Shown here one piece after another: positions 63,294-64,000 of a stretch of DNA of 64,000 nucleotides. The stretch lies in the NCBI GenBank assembly GCA_053919585.1, contig CM132791.1; one strand, 5' to 3'. The number at the start of each line of letters is the position of its first letter. Position 1 is the stretch's first letter. The DNA is from Euprymna scolopes (Eukaryota). The translations under genes and the position numbers were made by a program. The notes beneath the pieces were generated by a model. It made no database searches and was not told the DNA's origin. It saw only the letters and a program-made list of their open reading frames with translations.

Positions 63294-64000
63294 TACAAAT
63301 ATGTAGTACGAGCACTAATGGGTATTTTAAGAAATATGCCTTTTATAGAAGCTTAGTATTTAAGTAATCTGTTTCGATAAAATATAATTATGCAATCGTA
63401 AATACAATGTGATGGCAATAAAGATAAGAAGCGTTGTCATTTTCAGATCTTCCGTTTGCATTTTTATTTCTAATAATGTTGCTTGAAAGCAGGTTTCATT
63501 TCTCTACTTCCTCTCTGCTACTACGTTCTCTTCTTTTATCGTTATTTTATTTCTTTTCTGTCCTCTTATTTGCGAAGTCATTTTTTTTTAAATTGATATT
63601 TATACCTATCGTATTATTTATCTGCTAATTTTCCAATCATTAGTATTTTAAGGCTCTTCCATTGTCTTCTCCATTGCCTTTCTTTTATTCTTTTTATTCT
63701 TCTCATTGTCATATGCGTACAGGTGTTCTTTGTTCTTCTCTTCTTTTATTTTTTTCAACATCATTTCTCTATTTAATCAATTTCTTTCTTTTTTTTTCTT
63801 TACTTTTCTTCTTTGTCTTATTTCTCCTTTCTTTCTTTTTCTTACTCTTCTTTTTCTACTCTTCGTTTACTTTTTCACTTTTTTCGTTTCCTATTCTCCT
63901 TCAACATTCTTTCACAAAAGTGTTTATTGTTGTTTTCTTTACTCATTCTCTAGCAGGTTTCCAGAAAATTAGAACCAGTTTCTTCTTCATTTCTATCACG

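Noticed and set aside
63434-63972. Hydrophobic F/L/S-rich ORFs as membrane proteins (also 35459-36322, 42774-43172, 61374-61592)
   Set aside because: They arise from low-complexity pyrimidine/purine-skewed tracts, mostly with non-ATG starts.

Overview
AT-rich eukaryotic (animal) DNA from a gapped assembly, with N-runs at 3170-3315, 3379-3510, 9375-9506 and 57263-57487. The LINE protein motifs and heavy (TA)n load suggest an invertebrate, possibly a crustacean, but this is inference only. The window is dominated by transposable elements and microsatellites. The only clearly intact protein-coding unit is a Tc1 (DD34E) transposase inside a complete 1,636-bp element with 211-bp Sleeping Beauty-like IR/DR ends (25661-27296). 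Degraded elements include two mariner relics, a Tc1 relic, a Ty3/Gypsy gag-pol relic, a solo LTR with a 4-bp TSD, about eight CR1/L2-group LINE fragments and a Helitron Pif1-helicase relic. At least six non-autonomous Helitron-like elements are present, two carrying internal tandem arrays. There are also a 5S rRNA-derived SINE (2 full copies, 1 partial), a second SINE-like family, a Merlin-type MITE with a perfect 8-bp TSD, other fold-back MITEs, and four minimal hammerhead-ribozyme-like motifs of the Penelope type. No host gene could be identified with confidence; two GC-richer islands (about 18.4-19.0 kb and 3.5-4.0 kb) have minus-strand splice signals and may be 5' exons of a host transcript. 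I found no convincing wholly new biological system. The best leads are the possibly active IR/DR Tc1, the ribozyme-bearing short repeats, the 5S SINE, the Merlin MITE and the Helitron-borne satellite.
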